The notes: generated by a model not told the origin, from the sequence alone. A DNA stretch of 64,000 nt from Ginglymostoma cirratum (GCA_024137785.1 JAHRHZ010000110.1:558001-622000), one strand, 5' to 3'. Counted from the first letter of the stretch, positions 48,421-61,165 are shown. A program made the numbers and translations.

Positions 48421-48999
48421 GTTAGATAATAATTTGGGTTAGTTGAGTTTATAAATGGAGAAATCACATTAAATAAACAAAGAGATCACAGTTCAACTGT
48501 AATATTTGTGATTCAACTTCATTTGGAGCATTGTATGCAATCTTGGTGCTCACTATTCACCAAAAATGTAAAGAGTCTACAAAGGACCCACGCGGGGTTT
48601 ACTGGGATACAAAGATATCATAAAGGACCCAGACGAGGTTTACTGAGACATAAAGTCATGAGAAAGGCCGCAGGTGGGGTTTATTGGAATTGTAGAAAGA
48701 ATGAAGAATTTTATTCATGAGATGTTGGAAATACTGTCCCAGAAACAGGGAAGAGGAACGGAGATTTTCCAAATGACGCGAGGTTCCAAGTAACTAAATA
48801 GAAAGGAATTCCCTCTTTCGGGTGAATTAATTACCAGAGTCAGAGATTTAAAACCGTGAATGATAAAGAAAACATTACAACAGAGTTTCTTTCACTCAGA
48901 GTGTTATTTAATCCCTGTACGATTTTTTCAGAAACAAAATACAGAAGCTGATTCCAGAATGTTAAAAAAAACACACACACATGAGCGTTGAGTCATTGA

Positions 49000-49590
49000 G
49001 TCGTACATCGCGGAAACACATCCTTCAACCCAACCAGTCCATGCGAAATAGAATCCCAAGATAGGCTAATCTTACCTGACAACTCCTGTCCCATATCATA
49101 GCAACATTTCTTATTCATCTATTTGTTCAAACATCCTTTAAATATTGTAATTTCACCCGCATCCACCACCCTTTATTTAAAACAGAAGTGTCTCTTGTGT
49201 CTTCTTTAAAATGTTCTCTTCTCAACATAAAAATGTGTCCCAAAGTCTTGAAATCTACCATCTTTGGGAAAAGACAACTACCTCAGCAAAGTCCAAGCCA
49301 ATCCAACCTTTCTTCATAGCTCAGACCGTCCATACCAAGTAATATCCAAGTAAATCTCTTCTTAACACTCACCAGCTTAATAATATGCCTCCTATAAGTG
49401 TGCGGCCGGAACTGAACGCGGTATCCCAGAATAGGCCTCACTGACATCCTGTACAACCACAAAATGACTTCCCAACTCCTAAACTGAAACGACTGAGCAA
49501 TGAAGGTAAGTGTGCCAAAAGCCTTTTTAACCAACTCGACTAAATGTGAGGCAAACTTCAAATACTATGTACCTGCACCCCTAGATCCCT
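49000..49590 (-). mobile_element. CR1 ORF2 C-terminus and 3' UTR fragments
   Basis: Peptide LYRMSVRPILGYRVQF...LSYEERLDWLGL. Confidence 0.75.
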
Positions 49591-50288
49591 CAGCAGGCAC
49601 CTTAACAGTGTGACAATGTCTGTGGGCGGGCGGAAAATAGTTTCGAATTTCATTGACTTCACGTGAAAAGAAATGTATTGAACACGCGAAGCTGAATAAG
49701 ATTGACAGTTCATTCTCCGTGAATAAATGGAACTAAAAATTTTTTAAAAAATAAAATGCAAAGTTAGACCATCTCGAATCGGAAGGGAACCGTCCCTGAG
49801 AGACGCAATTCCTGCTTTAAACTGGTGCCTTAAAGATTTGACCACATTCCGATAATGTTAGATCCAATTCATACTTCATGAACACCATCCAAGGAATCCA
49901 GACACAAGCCTCCATCTTTTTGCATTTTGAATTCTCCCTTCTTCTCAGCAACGCTTCATTTTAAGCTGATAAAAATTCTGTCCAAGATTGAATGTAACAT
50001 TCGCACGGTTCAATGAAATAAATTTATTCATTATTGCTTATTTCAATGACCTGTGTGAGTTTCCAGCAAAGTGAATAAATTGAAACGAGTTAAGCAGCTT
50101 TTTCCGGCAATTTAAATCAGTGCAGTCAACCATGTCAGAAAAGTCTGTGAGCTGAAATAAATCACCTTTTTTCACTCTGCAGATATTTCCTCACATTTTG
50201 AATGTTTGCTGATAGCTGAGTCATTTGCCAATACACGGAAACTGGATTTTCCCTTAAACCTTGCTCAAAATTGCACTTCCTCATAAAC

Positions 50289-50384
50289 TGCTCCAGGTGA
50301 GGTTCGAGCTAAAAACGTCAGCACTGCACACGCCTCTATACTGTCATATATGTACCGCATGCTGACTGGTTACGCCACCGGAGC
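50289..50384 (-). pseudogene. Intron-containing tRNA-Ile(TAT) pseudogene
   Basis: Reverse complement GCTCCGGTGGCGTAACC..GCGGTACATATA | TGACAGTATAGAGGCGTGTGCA (50325-50346) | ..TCGAACCTCACCTGGAGCA. Confidence 0.85.
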
Positions 50385-52743
50385 AACACACTTGGCCCCA
50401 GGCTTCATATTTCCGTTTATAACTTAACAGTTAGCAAATTGCCTGTGAACTGGGATAATATGATCATCTTCAGCAGTGGCTCCTAACTTATTTGAGTAAC
50501 TTGCTTAACTACAGAGTGCTAAACTGCATTGATTATTGAAATACGTATTTTCAATATTTTCCTCCACTGTCCCCTGAGCCCTTGATGTTTTTACTCGGTG
50601 GAAATCTGTCAATTGCATTCTTGAACAGACTAAATAACTGACATCTACAGTCTCTGAACAGAATTCCAAAGCTCCACCTCACACTGAGATCTCTCACCTT
50701 AGTCTCCTGTTTGGGAAGTGTACCTATTGTGGGAAATTTACTTCACCGTGTCTGTAGTGCTGCTCCCAGCATGGCCTCTGGAACTGCCTTCTTTTTACTC
50801 TTGCTCAATTTTTGCGTCGTGGCTCCGTGTCACAAGACTCAGGAAAAGAGCACAAAACAACGTCTAGCAAAATGCATTTTATTGCTTAAAAAGCAGTACA
50901 CGAGGCTTTCTGTGTTCTTCAGTTTACTTGCAAGATTTGCATCATTTAGAATTTTGAAACTGTGCAGGTTATACACAAGTGGGGTTCATTAATACCTGTC
51001 CAGAAGAGAGGTTGGTGCCAATACAAACTCTTGGGAACCGCACTGTGCATCCTCATTCAGTCAGGAAAACAATTCCTCACAACGTTGCAACCCCGCCGTC
51101 ACTAGGCTTTTCATGCCACAAAATTCGTCACAGAATTAGATTCAGCAACAATTCCCCAACTTCGTTTGGAAATTTCAAACAACTACACCCACCGTCATCA
51201 ACCTTCACCATTACTTCACTTCAGGACACGTTCCAAGATTTTCATGACGAGCGAATGCGTAAGAATGTAACACAAAGGTAATTTGAATTTCAAATTTAAA
51301 ATTGTAAATTAGGAAGAGTCCAGAGCTGGATTTAGAATGTCAAAATATCATGTTTAGCACCACAGCCAGGACGCCAGTGAGGCAAGTGAGAAGTCTACAC
51401 CTGAATTCCCAACATCCACATGGCAATTTGCTCCATGTGGCCAGTTGGGACCTACGTGGATGAGCATGTTGTCTGATAGAGCGCCCGCAAGCATCCTCCA
51501 CTGCCTTACCGAAAGCAACAGGAGCTGTCTATTCCAGTTGTGAGAGCGGTGGCGTAAAGGTGAGAAACTTGATATTCAGTGTTGTCGATTCACCATTCTC
51601 ATCATTGTGGTAGCAACTTTTAAGATTTAGGCAGACACATGAACAGGAAAGAAATAAAGACATACGCGACGATGGGAAGGCAAATGAGATCAGCTCAGTT
51701 CAGAATGGAGGTCGACACAGACCTGTGTTATACTGTTGTATGTTCTACGTTATTGTTGACAATTATCTGCCTAAAACAACACCGAAAGATGATAACATAG
51801 GAACACGACGAGTTCATTCAACCCGACTCCACTGACTCGCCGTTTCTGATATCATGGCTAATCTAAAACATCGATGATTTTTCCCACCCCATCCTTCCAA
51901 CCCACATTGAGAATTTGAAAGTTATGGACCTCTAAATATATTAAAAGTGACAAATCAAATGTGTAACTTGAATGCTACGTTGGATTTCCTTATCAATTTT
52001 GCAGGTTTGTCGGATGAGCAGACGTTTCTTTTCGAACTACTCTCTGAAAATTTGCGTGAGATGACAATGAAAGTCCTCTGGTCAGCAGCAGGGACGGGGA
52101 TTCCGGACTACAGGAAGTGCTGATGAAGCAGTTTGCACCGAACACCAATGATTCTTTTGGAACCTGAAATGAAAGTCGACTGTGGGGGCAGGGTTGGTGG
52201 GGGGGGGGGAGTGGCCGTTGGAAGCAGTTTAAATCCACGTGAACTTTAAATCACAAATCTTTCGCGATCCAAAGCGCTGTCCTTTGCGACAAGAACCACC
52301 CCATGTTGCCCTTGGCTCATTGTGTTCGCGTCTTTCATCAAGCATCTGTCTCGCCGTTGGTTTAGTAAGGATGGTGTGAAATATTTGTCAGAACATTTTG
52401 TCGAATGTTAGTTTAAAGTACTTATCAACAATCCACACTGCATAAACCTGTGTTGCTTATATTTCGCTATTTCTTTCTTATGCTTCTCTTTCATTCGAAG
52501 TATGTTCATAGGAAGACAAATTGGAAGAAAGAATCGGCCTGTAAGTCGCGTTCCTTTTCATTATCCCAACTCAAACGACATTTTGAGTCAGTTCAGACGA
52601 CACGTTCCAATTACTGATTTCGACTTTACCGTAAAGACGAATGGTCAAGAATCTGTGGCAATATAAACTGACAAGAATCTGATTTCAGTTTCTGTTTATC
52701 GAGAACTAGCGAGAAACAACGAAGAATGGCAACAGCGAAACGG

Positions 52744-52825
52744 CGATCAGAGTGGGATTGGAAACCTCGCATGCAGAGCACAATGGATTGACAATGCTTT
52801 GCCTCAATCTCTCGGCCACCTCGTC
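52744..52825 (-). pseudogene. tRNA-Ser(GCT-type) pseudogene
   Basis: Reverse complement GACGAGGTGGCCGAG...AATCCATTGTGCTCTGCATGCG..AATCCCAC, 82 nt. Confidence 0.85.
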
Positions 52826-53905
52826 ACATACGGAAAAATAAGGCGTCAAGACCTCGTGTTTCTCTCAGTTAAATGAATTGTGCAGAGCGGCAAGAATCTA
52901 TCCCTCGTATTAGTGAAATAATTTGAGGCAGAGTATGATTTCCAGAGTATGATCGGTGGGTCACTCCCACTGCGACACACTGCCTGTTTGAGCTGTACGC
53001 AAATGAAGAAACTACTTACGGACAAGATCTATTGAATCGAATTCAATGAAGATTTGAAGTCGATGGAATGAACAGCCCCGTGACAGAGGGGATGTAACAC
53101 TGACTGTGAGGAATTGTTTTCCAAATTTGATAAAAGTACACACTACTGTTCCCCGGAGTCTGTATTCGCACCGCCTCTGCTCTCGACAGATATCAATATC
53201 TCCTCCTCGTCCACTTTCCTATATGCTCGGTAATGCCCGGCTAAAACATCGGTTTAATACCAGATGCTGATCGCCCTTCAATCAAAACAAATACCAACGC
53301 AAAGCTGAACGCATCTTGTGAGATTCAGTTGAACAACAAATGTAATGTGCCTGTATGAAAGTATATTCTTTTATGCTTCAATGAAGAACACATGACTGCA
53401 CCACATTTCCGGGTTCACGCAAATCACTTCTGTCACACGAAGAAAAATCAGTGTTTCTCCTCTGTTATCGAGAATAAAGATTTTATTGAGTAAACACACA
53501 CGGTGACAAAGGAAGGTAAATTTCCTTGTGAATTTGATATATTTCAGGTATACTTCACTGGCTTTTTTCCGCGGAATCCTCTGAATCAGTTAATTCTGGC
53601 TCAGCTCCATTTGACGTGAAGCCATCCAGGAAATGGCCATTCTCATTCTGTGACTCTGAACGGTTTGTTGGTGGAGGATTGGATTAGGGCTTGCCCTTTT
53701 GAAATATCGTTTAATGTATAAGCGGCTGCACCTACAAACTGATCTCTGGGACTCCCAGGAAAACGAAGGCAGTTTTCACTCACAAGATGGAATCCGGTAT
53801 CTTAATAAAACCAGCATGAGGGAAACCATGTTTTCGGGAGTGACGCTGCTGAATGAATGAAAGGCTCGGCGTCACCTCAGAAAATGAGGTTGCAGGAAGC
53901 AAAGA

Positions 53906-53978
53906 CGCTTCACATAGGGCTGGAACCCACAATCCGGAGACTAATAGGGTCATGCTTTACCAAATTAGCCAAATCCAC
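53906..53978 (-). pseudogene. tRNA-Lys pseudogene
   Basis: Reverse complement GGTAAAGCATGA..TTAGTCTC..TTGTGGGTTCCAGCCCTATGTG. Positional paralog of 13072-13144. Confidence 0.6.
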
Positions 53979-56472
53979 GTGCATCCTGTTTGCTCCGTGC
54001 TGAACGTGATACGTCTAGAAATTCTCAAGTTTCTCGTTCATTCCTCTCAATCACAAATAACATCATTTACATCTTCCAATTTTCAGCTGTTTTCACCTTC
54101 AGACCATTATAATCCAAATTCAGCGTTTATTCCGGGATTTAACATTCAAAATTCATATTTTAATATCGGTGCCCTCATTCCTCGGCAGCCCATGTGACTC
54201 TCAGTCAGCCTGTGAGATGGTGAATATGCTTCAATAAGCAGAGTCTTTCCTTTGACATACTGCGTGAAATGTGCATCTGTCTGCCAAGTACCACTCAACT
54301 CAACACTTTCAGGAGTTTGTTCAGTACATCAGCAACTCCTGCTGCTTCGCATCTGGGGAATGGATTTCCACGATTTGCTAAAGGAAGAGGCGAAGGTCAA
54401 GAAGAATTTCCTGCAGCCGTTCTCAAATGTAAGAGGATTTTCGTCCCTTTTCCATATGGGAAGAAACGTTCATAAGGAGTACGTTTCCACCAGTTGTATC
54501 AGCTGGGACTTCTCAAGGGAAACTCAAAGAAAGTTTGTGCCAATGCTGCTATGAGGTTTATTGAGCCGGAGAAAATCTCCCTGTGGTTTTCTGAGCCTGT
54601 CCTCTGTGCACCGGGAGGTTGGGCCCCGACTGGAGAATCTTATCCCCCAGTATTGGGCAGGAAGCGTCTGATCGAAGCTGCAGTGGCCGTTTTCTGCTGG
54701 CAGTGGGGAATTGGAGAGTGATACTCCTACTGTTTGTCCTTGACTCATTTCATGTGGAACTGTGTAAGAAAGAACCAGTGATGGGTTTGTTTGTTTTCAA
54801 TCTCTTCATAGACTTCTATGGATTAAATGCAGGTACATAGCCGATTTACTTGTTTGATCTTTTTGTTGAGAATTACTGCATTTAAAGTTGTATGTCTGAG
54901 GTCTGACATGATAACGGTGGAGCTGACAAAGTTTGGAAGGAATCTGCTGAACATACAATCTCGGTTGAAACGTCTTTGCGTAGTAAAACAGAACAGCCTC
55001 TGTCCCTGGGTTCTCTGGAAACACCAATTCTTCTCTTAATAACAAAATATGCTGACCGACTGCACCACAGAAATAGCAGACTCTAAGGCCTTCAAAAGCT
55101 CCTCTACAGCAGGGAGTCAACCTTGCTGTGCAACTGATGCTCTCTCAGTTTTCAGAGACTGCCTCCTCTGATGCTGCCTGACCGGCTGAGTTCCTCCAGC
55201 TCCACATTGCATTGACTCCAATTTAGCTGTGATGGGTACATGCGGCTAACGTGTCGTGTTAACACGGACATTAACAACAATAGTGGCATCCACATTGTGA
55301 ACAACCAGCAAAGATAATTACCGCCACTGTTTGAGGTCAATGGTCCCCACTTCGTAAGGTGATGAGTTTTACTGGCAAAGAAAACATATTTGTGTCCAGA
55401 AGGCTGCTTCAGTGTCACCTCATTTTCTGTTGGATTCATCCCGAAGTTCCTTTCCACTGTTCCACAAGAATTTCCACTTCTGCTTCTCGTCTTCTTCTAT
55501 TCTCACACTTTCATTCCCGTTTTCCGGGAATAACGAGGTGAGGCGGGATAATCTGCAGATGTCGTGGGGAACACTGTGGCAATGGTGCAGATAGATCACC
55601 CTCATTCTCTGTTGTCACCATTCATCCATTTCACACCGACAAGTAAAGACAGCACTACAATTCTATAATTGGAGTGGAAATATTCTTTTTTTTTTACTAA
55701 TGGAAGAGGAATTCTTTTATAACTCTAAAGATTCACAATTTTTGGAGAGAAGAAATGTCTCCTTGCTTCAGTCCTTAGTAACAGACACGTATTCTGGGGA
55801 TTGTAAGTCCAGTTCTAGCTGCTCCAGCCAGGTGGAAAAAGCCTCTCAGCAGTTCCGCTCTGGAATTTTCTCCTAATTGCAGACTTTCCAACGAGCAGTA
55901 ATGGTAAATTAGAGATATGGACAGACGGAGAGTCAGAAAATGTGAACGAGTCTGAGGTAGATACATAATGACAAAGAGAGACAAATAGAGATGCACATTG
56001 AGGAAGACTATGACAGGACCAATTCTCCATTCAACATGGATGCTAACTGAAAGGAAGGAAAAGAAAAAGACAAACATTTAAGCAGATCCTTCCACCACCT
56101 CAGGGAAATGGAAGCAGCATTACAGCCGATTAAATTCCTGTAAAGTTGTAAAGTTCAAGGTTGTAAGCTAATGAAAGAGAAAATTTTGACAGATTAAAGC
56201 TGATAATTTCTCCTTCGCATTATAATATAGAAATGCATAATTAACCTAGTACTGACCAACGGTCACTGGATTTGAAACGTTAACTGTCTTTCTCTACACA
56301 TATGCGACCAGACCTGCCGAGTTTCTCAATCAATACCTGTTTTCTGTCATATTTTCACAGTTCTTTTTTTAAAAATCTGAATAAGGTTTGGGACAAAACA
56401 GATTGTCGTTCAGGTTATGAAAAACAAACCAGTCAGCAGTCACCACGTTAAATTAATACAGCAGGGCTTTAA

Positions 56473-56544
56473 CTTCCTGACCAGGAATTGAAGTCAGGCT
56501 GCAGCGGTGAAAGCAAAGAACCCTGACCACTAGACCACCAGGGA
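56473..56544 (-). pseudogene. tRNA-Glu(TTC) pseudogene
   Basis: Reverse complement TCCCTGGTGGTCTAGTGGTCAGGGTTCTTTGCTTTCACCGCTGCAGCCTGACTTCAATTCCTGGTCAGGAAG. Confidence 0.85.
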
Positions 56545-57915
56545 GAGCGACAAAAACTGTTGTGTGTCTTCTCAATGACACATTGCGTTGCCATTTGCGA
56601 TTTTGCGTTGCCATTTGTGATCATTTTGTTGCAGAACAGTTTCCCTGTCTTCGAGTTTTTACAACGTGGAAGAAGATCATTCTTCCCATCGTGTCACTGC
56701 AGATTATCAAAACTCCATCTATTCCAGTTCCAGTTTCCAGCAATTGACACGAAGCCTTGTGTGCTCTAACGTTTCAAGGGCAAATGTCGATAAGTTTATC
56801 CCTGCATTCTCAAATGACACAATGAATGGGACTGAAGTATGAAATGGTAAAACTGTGCTAATACCCTCTTGAGGAACTCATCTTCATTTTCAGCCACAAA
56901 CGGAGACACATAGATACATTCACGAGCGTGACAGATTAAATCCGCTCCATGTGCTTCACGTCGACTCTCCATCCCCACACACAAACTACTCCGACAAAAG
57001 GCAGCTTTATGTGGAAAACAACCGACTTCTCCAGACAATGAGAACTGTTGCCGTGAGCTGGGATATGAAATGGGCAGTTGAATCAAAATAGTCCCAGAAG
57101 CTGCTCACGTGCAACTTGTGATTTCGAAATATCACTGACCCAATGACTGCAGCTCCTGGGAATCTGACAGGACAGTGCCTGGCAGACATCCATCACTAAG
57201 AACAACTGTCACTGGGCAAACTCTAAACACTTTCATGTCACACCTCTTTCTTCCTGTCTCACCTCTAGCTCCCTCTGACTGCGCACCTCCGAGGTCAATG
57301 AACTTTTTGATGCAGAAACAGGCAGATCGTGAAGCCAATCTTTACGTGGAAAGCAGGGCCTTGGAACGTAAGCCACAAGGGATTGAGAAACGAATCGTTT
57401 GCCCACGGCTGGTTAAAGAGACATCAGTACCGCATCTTCCTGATTCTTCCAGATACTTATTCCAGGAACATGCCCAGTGCCAGTACTCCTCGATTCCAAT
57501 GTCTCAATGGATAACGTGTTTGACAGGCAGATCAGTGGAGAGTCAGTTCGACGCCTTTTTTGTTCGGGTGCACTTTGCAAACGTTGTAACTTCACAAACT
57601 GAGCTGACCACAGCTGATCATAGAGTTCCCCAGCACAGATAAAAGACCCTTCAGCCCATTGGGTCTGTGCCGGTCGAACTCAAGCCCCTAACTTTCCTAG
57701 TCTTCTTTACCAGCACTTGGCTTACAGTCTCACCAAGGTAACAATGCAAGTAGATATCTAAACGCATCTGAACTTGTACGAGGGATTCCACCCTGACTGG
57801 CAAGGTGATGTATATGCCCACCATTGGCATTCTGGGTGAAATGTTTGTTTTCCCACCTCCTGTGATTCGTCTCGCAAACACGAAGACTGGGAGAAATTTC
57901 ACTTCAGCTCTCAAC

Positions 57916-57998
57916 AGCAATCGGCAGGATTCTGAAGCTACACAGGGGCAACCCAAAGGATTTCAAGTCCATTGCCTTAACAACTCGGCCATGACTAC
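57916..57998 (-). tRNA. tRNA-Ser(TGA), degenerate, probable pseudogene
   Basis: Reverse complement GTAGTCATGGCCGAGTTGTTAAGGCAATGGACTTGAAATCC...AATCCTGCCGATTGC. Confidence 0.8.
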
Positions 57999-58334
57999 AG
58001 AAGCATACGCCTTGCTTGCCTTTCCAGATCTCTCTCCCTGTGGAGCTGAGGAAGAGTGAATCATGACGAGGTTTGTTTGAATCCAAACACTTCTCAGATT
58101 TTAAAAGGGTTAAATTCGGTACATGGTGGGTCTGGTTGATCCATCCCAATAGACGGGGTTCACGTTCATTTAAGAACAAAACCGTAAGCTTCAGGGAAAT
58201 ATCAGCAGATCTGGCAGCACCTGTAGGCAAAGAATCAGATTCAACGATTTAGAACTCTGTTTTCTCCCACAAGTACTGCCAAACCCTTTCGTGTTCTCCA
58301 GCGGTTTCTGCTTTTGTTTCAAATTTCCAGTGGA

Positions 58335-59160
58335 AGGAAGGCCATTCGGCCCATCGAGTCGACTCCGCCATTTAATCATGGCTGATGGGCATTTCAACTC
58401 CACTTACCCGCACTCTCCCTGTAGCCCTTGATTCCTTGCGAGATCAAGAATTTATCAATCTCTGCCTTGAAGACATTCAACGTCCCGGCCTCCACTGCGC
58501 TCCGTGGCAATGAATTCCACAGGCCCACCACTCTCTGGCTGAAGAAATGTCTCCTCATTTCCGTTCGAAATCGACCCCTTCTAATTCTAAGGCTGTCCTC
58601 ACGGGCCCTAGTATCCCCACCTAACGGAAACAACTTCCCAGCGTCCACCTTTCTAAGCCATGCGTTATCTTGTAAGTTTCTATTAGATCTCCCCTCAACC
58701 TTCTAAACTCTAATGAATACAATCCCAGGATCCACAGCCATTCATCGTATGTTAGGCCAACCATTCCAGGGATCATCCATGGGAATCTCTGCTGGACACG
58801 CTCCAGTGCCAGTATGTCCTTCCTGAGGTGTGGGGCCCAAAATTGGACACAGTATTCTAAATGGGGCCTAAATAGAGCTTTATAAAGTCTCAGAAGCACA
58901 TCACTGTTTTTATATTCCAACCCTCTTGAGATAAATGAAAACATTCCATTTGCTTTCTTAATTACAGACTCAACCTGCAAGTTAACCTTTACAGAATCCT
59001 GTACTCGCACTCCCAGATCTCTTTGTACTTCGGCTTTGCGAATTTACTCACCGTTCAGAAAATAGTCCATGCCTGTATTCTTTCTTGCAAGGTGCAAGAC
59101 CTCACATTTGCTCACGTTGAATTTCAGCAGCCATTTCCTGGACCACTCTCCTAAACTGAC
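58335..59160 (-). mobile_element. CR1 LINE 3' fragment (end of ORF2 plus 3' UTR)
   Basis: Peptides LLRLYKALFRPHLEYCVQFWAPHLRKD..LEFRRLRGDLIETYK and FFSQRVVGLWNSLP; frameshifted. Confidence 0.9.
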
Positions 59161-59319
59161 TAAATTTACTAGATTTAGATTTACTAGATTTACTACTTGT
59201 CTAGATTTACTGCAGGGAGTGCAGAACATCGAACACACTGCAATTTATGTGCCTCAAATTCATTAGTTTTTTATGGGGGTTTCATTCAGAGTCGGATTGC
59301 TTGCGAAAACATACTGAGA

Positions 59320-59410
59320 GGTTTTCTGAAGAAGGGTCCTGACACGAAATGTCAGCTTTCCTGCTAATCTGATGCTGCCTGGTCTGCTGTGTTCCTCCGG
59401 CTCCACACTA
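59320..59410 (+). mobile_element. ~90-bp PLE-derived insert starting at a hammerhead-like core, 5-bp TSD TGAGA
   Basis: CTGAAGAAGGGTCCTGACACGAAATGTC at 59326-59353; TGAGA at 59315-59319 and 59411-59415. Empty-site paralogs near 40690 and 62800. Confidence 0.7.
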
Positions 59411-60185
59411 TGAGATACCTGTTTTCGCTTTCAACACGTGTTTCCTTTGCCCCATCCTCACTTCATGAAGTCTGAAGTGATAAAACGCAGAACTTTTTTG
59501 GGTCAGCTGATCGGGCGATTTGGCAAAATGGCGACAAGCAATACGGGCGCACGTGGCATTTGAATCCATAACCTCTCGCATAACCTATCACACACATCAC
59601 CCAAAACAAAAATGATACCACCAGACCAACGAGGCATTGCAGCTGATTTGCACCGAGCCCTGAACCAGCTGAGACTCACTCGGAATATAGTGCATTCCAC
59701 GTTGATCCTAGAATTCAAAAGTGCAAAAAGTTTCAAGAACATCTTCTCAGTCTGTCTGACAACTGTGTCGCAATGTGCCGCCACCTATGTTGGGTCTGTT
59801 ATGAAGGTGGAACATAATGTATCCAAGGATGGTGATGGTGAATCTGGGGCATTGCCTGCAAGATATCATTCTGTGAATTTGAGATTGATCGTAAATTTAC
59901 AAGAATAACAACTGTCCTTTGCCAGTCTTCTTCTTAAAAAAAAGTCTGTGACTTTCATTGTGGAGACAAGGAAACAGTCTGATCCCACCCCTGCAGAGAC
60001 ATTTGTGTCACCGCGAACCAGCTGTTCTGAAACCCCGGCCATTTCCCTTCGAATCTTTCCACTTCTTGTCTGTCCCCAAGTGTCCGGTTATGCTGCAGCA
60101 GAGATTCCGTTTGATTTCCTGATCTTTTCAAATATTCCTCATTATCTCAATATCTGAGATCAGGTAATGACACTGAGAACAACAG

Positions 60186-60283
60186 TTCTGATGAAGGGTT
60201 TAGGCGCGAAACGTCACGTTTTCCTGCTCCTATGATGCTGCTTGACCTGCTGTGTTCATCCAGCCCCATGCTTGTTATCTCAG
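60186..60283 (+). mobile_element. ~100-bp PLE-derived insert with a hammerhead core at its 5' edge
   Basis: CTGATGAAGGGTTTAGGCGCGAAACGTC at 60188-60215. Absent from the paralog at ~38045. Confidence 0.7.
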
Positions 60284-60419
60284 CGTCAATGTTCTAGCGT
60301 CTTAAAGAACATAAAAGTGCCTTGACCGGCTCAGCTCAATCAAATCGTTCATCCTTCACTCCCCACTGAGTATGGTTCGCATAGAGCTTTGAAAGATTCA
60401 CGAAGGTGGATACGGAGTT

Positions 60420-60690
60420 TTCTGAGACTGTTGAGCTGACTTGTTCTCGTGCAGATGTTTCGTCACCATGGTAGGTGACATCGTCTGTGAAACCTCCAAT
60501 GAAACAATGCTATTCTACTCCACTTGGAATTTACACTGTCTGGTCCGTGATTTTGAGTCCTGTTATTTCTGGTATTGATCTGTATGGGTTTGTATGGGAC
60601 TTGATGGGAACGGGAGTGTATATTGACTACTCCAACATATTGACCTCAACCACAACCCGAGCTAGAGATCTTTGCCAAGACATCTAAACT
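60420..60690 (-). mobile_element. Second-family PLE-like terminal fragment
   Basis: Reverse complement CAGACGA-T-GTCACC-TACCAT-GGTGAC-GAAACATC (60454-60487). Homologous to 42690-42925. Confidence 0.6.
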
Positions 60691-61094
60691 GGGTTTTCTG
60701 TTTTGTTTCCTTTCCAAGTTTCCAACAACCAACAGACAATTTTGGCGCTGTTTACAATGATGGGGGTGGTAGCTATGGGATTGGGCAGCTTGTTTGAGCT
60801 GACAATGAGGAATTCTTTTCCACTGAACAGCGTAAATAAAAATAACACTTGGATTTAAGGAAGACACGCTTGTATTCAAATTGCGCTTTCCCAAAACAGC
60901 GGCAAAGCCGGTTTGCCCATTGGCAGTTGCTTTTTAAAACTTGATTCCTTTCTGAAGATATGATATATTCGCTGCAAAGACCCTTTGAGATGTCAGGCAG
61001 ACAGCAATACATAAAGACTCCCCTTCACATGTTCTTGAAGTTTTTCTTGAGAGCACGTCAACTAGCAAGTAAAGAAAAGAGATGGAGATAATAA

Positions 61095-61165
61095 GAGCTC
61101 GTCTGGGATTTCTCACATTTTCCACATTGCCCAATGTAAGAAGCACACCTCTAGACCAACGAGCC
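61095..61165 (-). pseudogene. tRNA-Pro(TGG) relic with a 12-nt insertion at the intron position and a T-arm deletion
   Basis: Reverse complement GGCTCGTTGGTCTAGAGGTGTGCTTCTTACATTGGG | CAATGTGGAAAA | TGTGAGA-(deletion)-AATCCCAGACGAGCTC. Confidence 0.75.

Larger units (their letters stand above)
53200..58000 (-). repeat. Segmental duplication arm B2 (inverted copy of 8900-13870)
   Basis: See arm B1. Confidence 0.85.

Noticed and set aside
52236-52297. Possible Arg-TCT-like relic on the minus strand
   Set aside because: Too short and degenerate.
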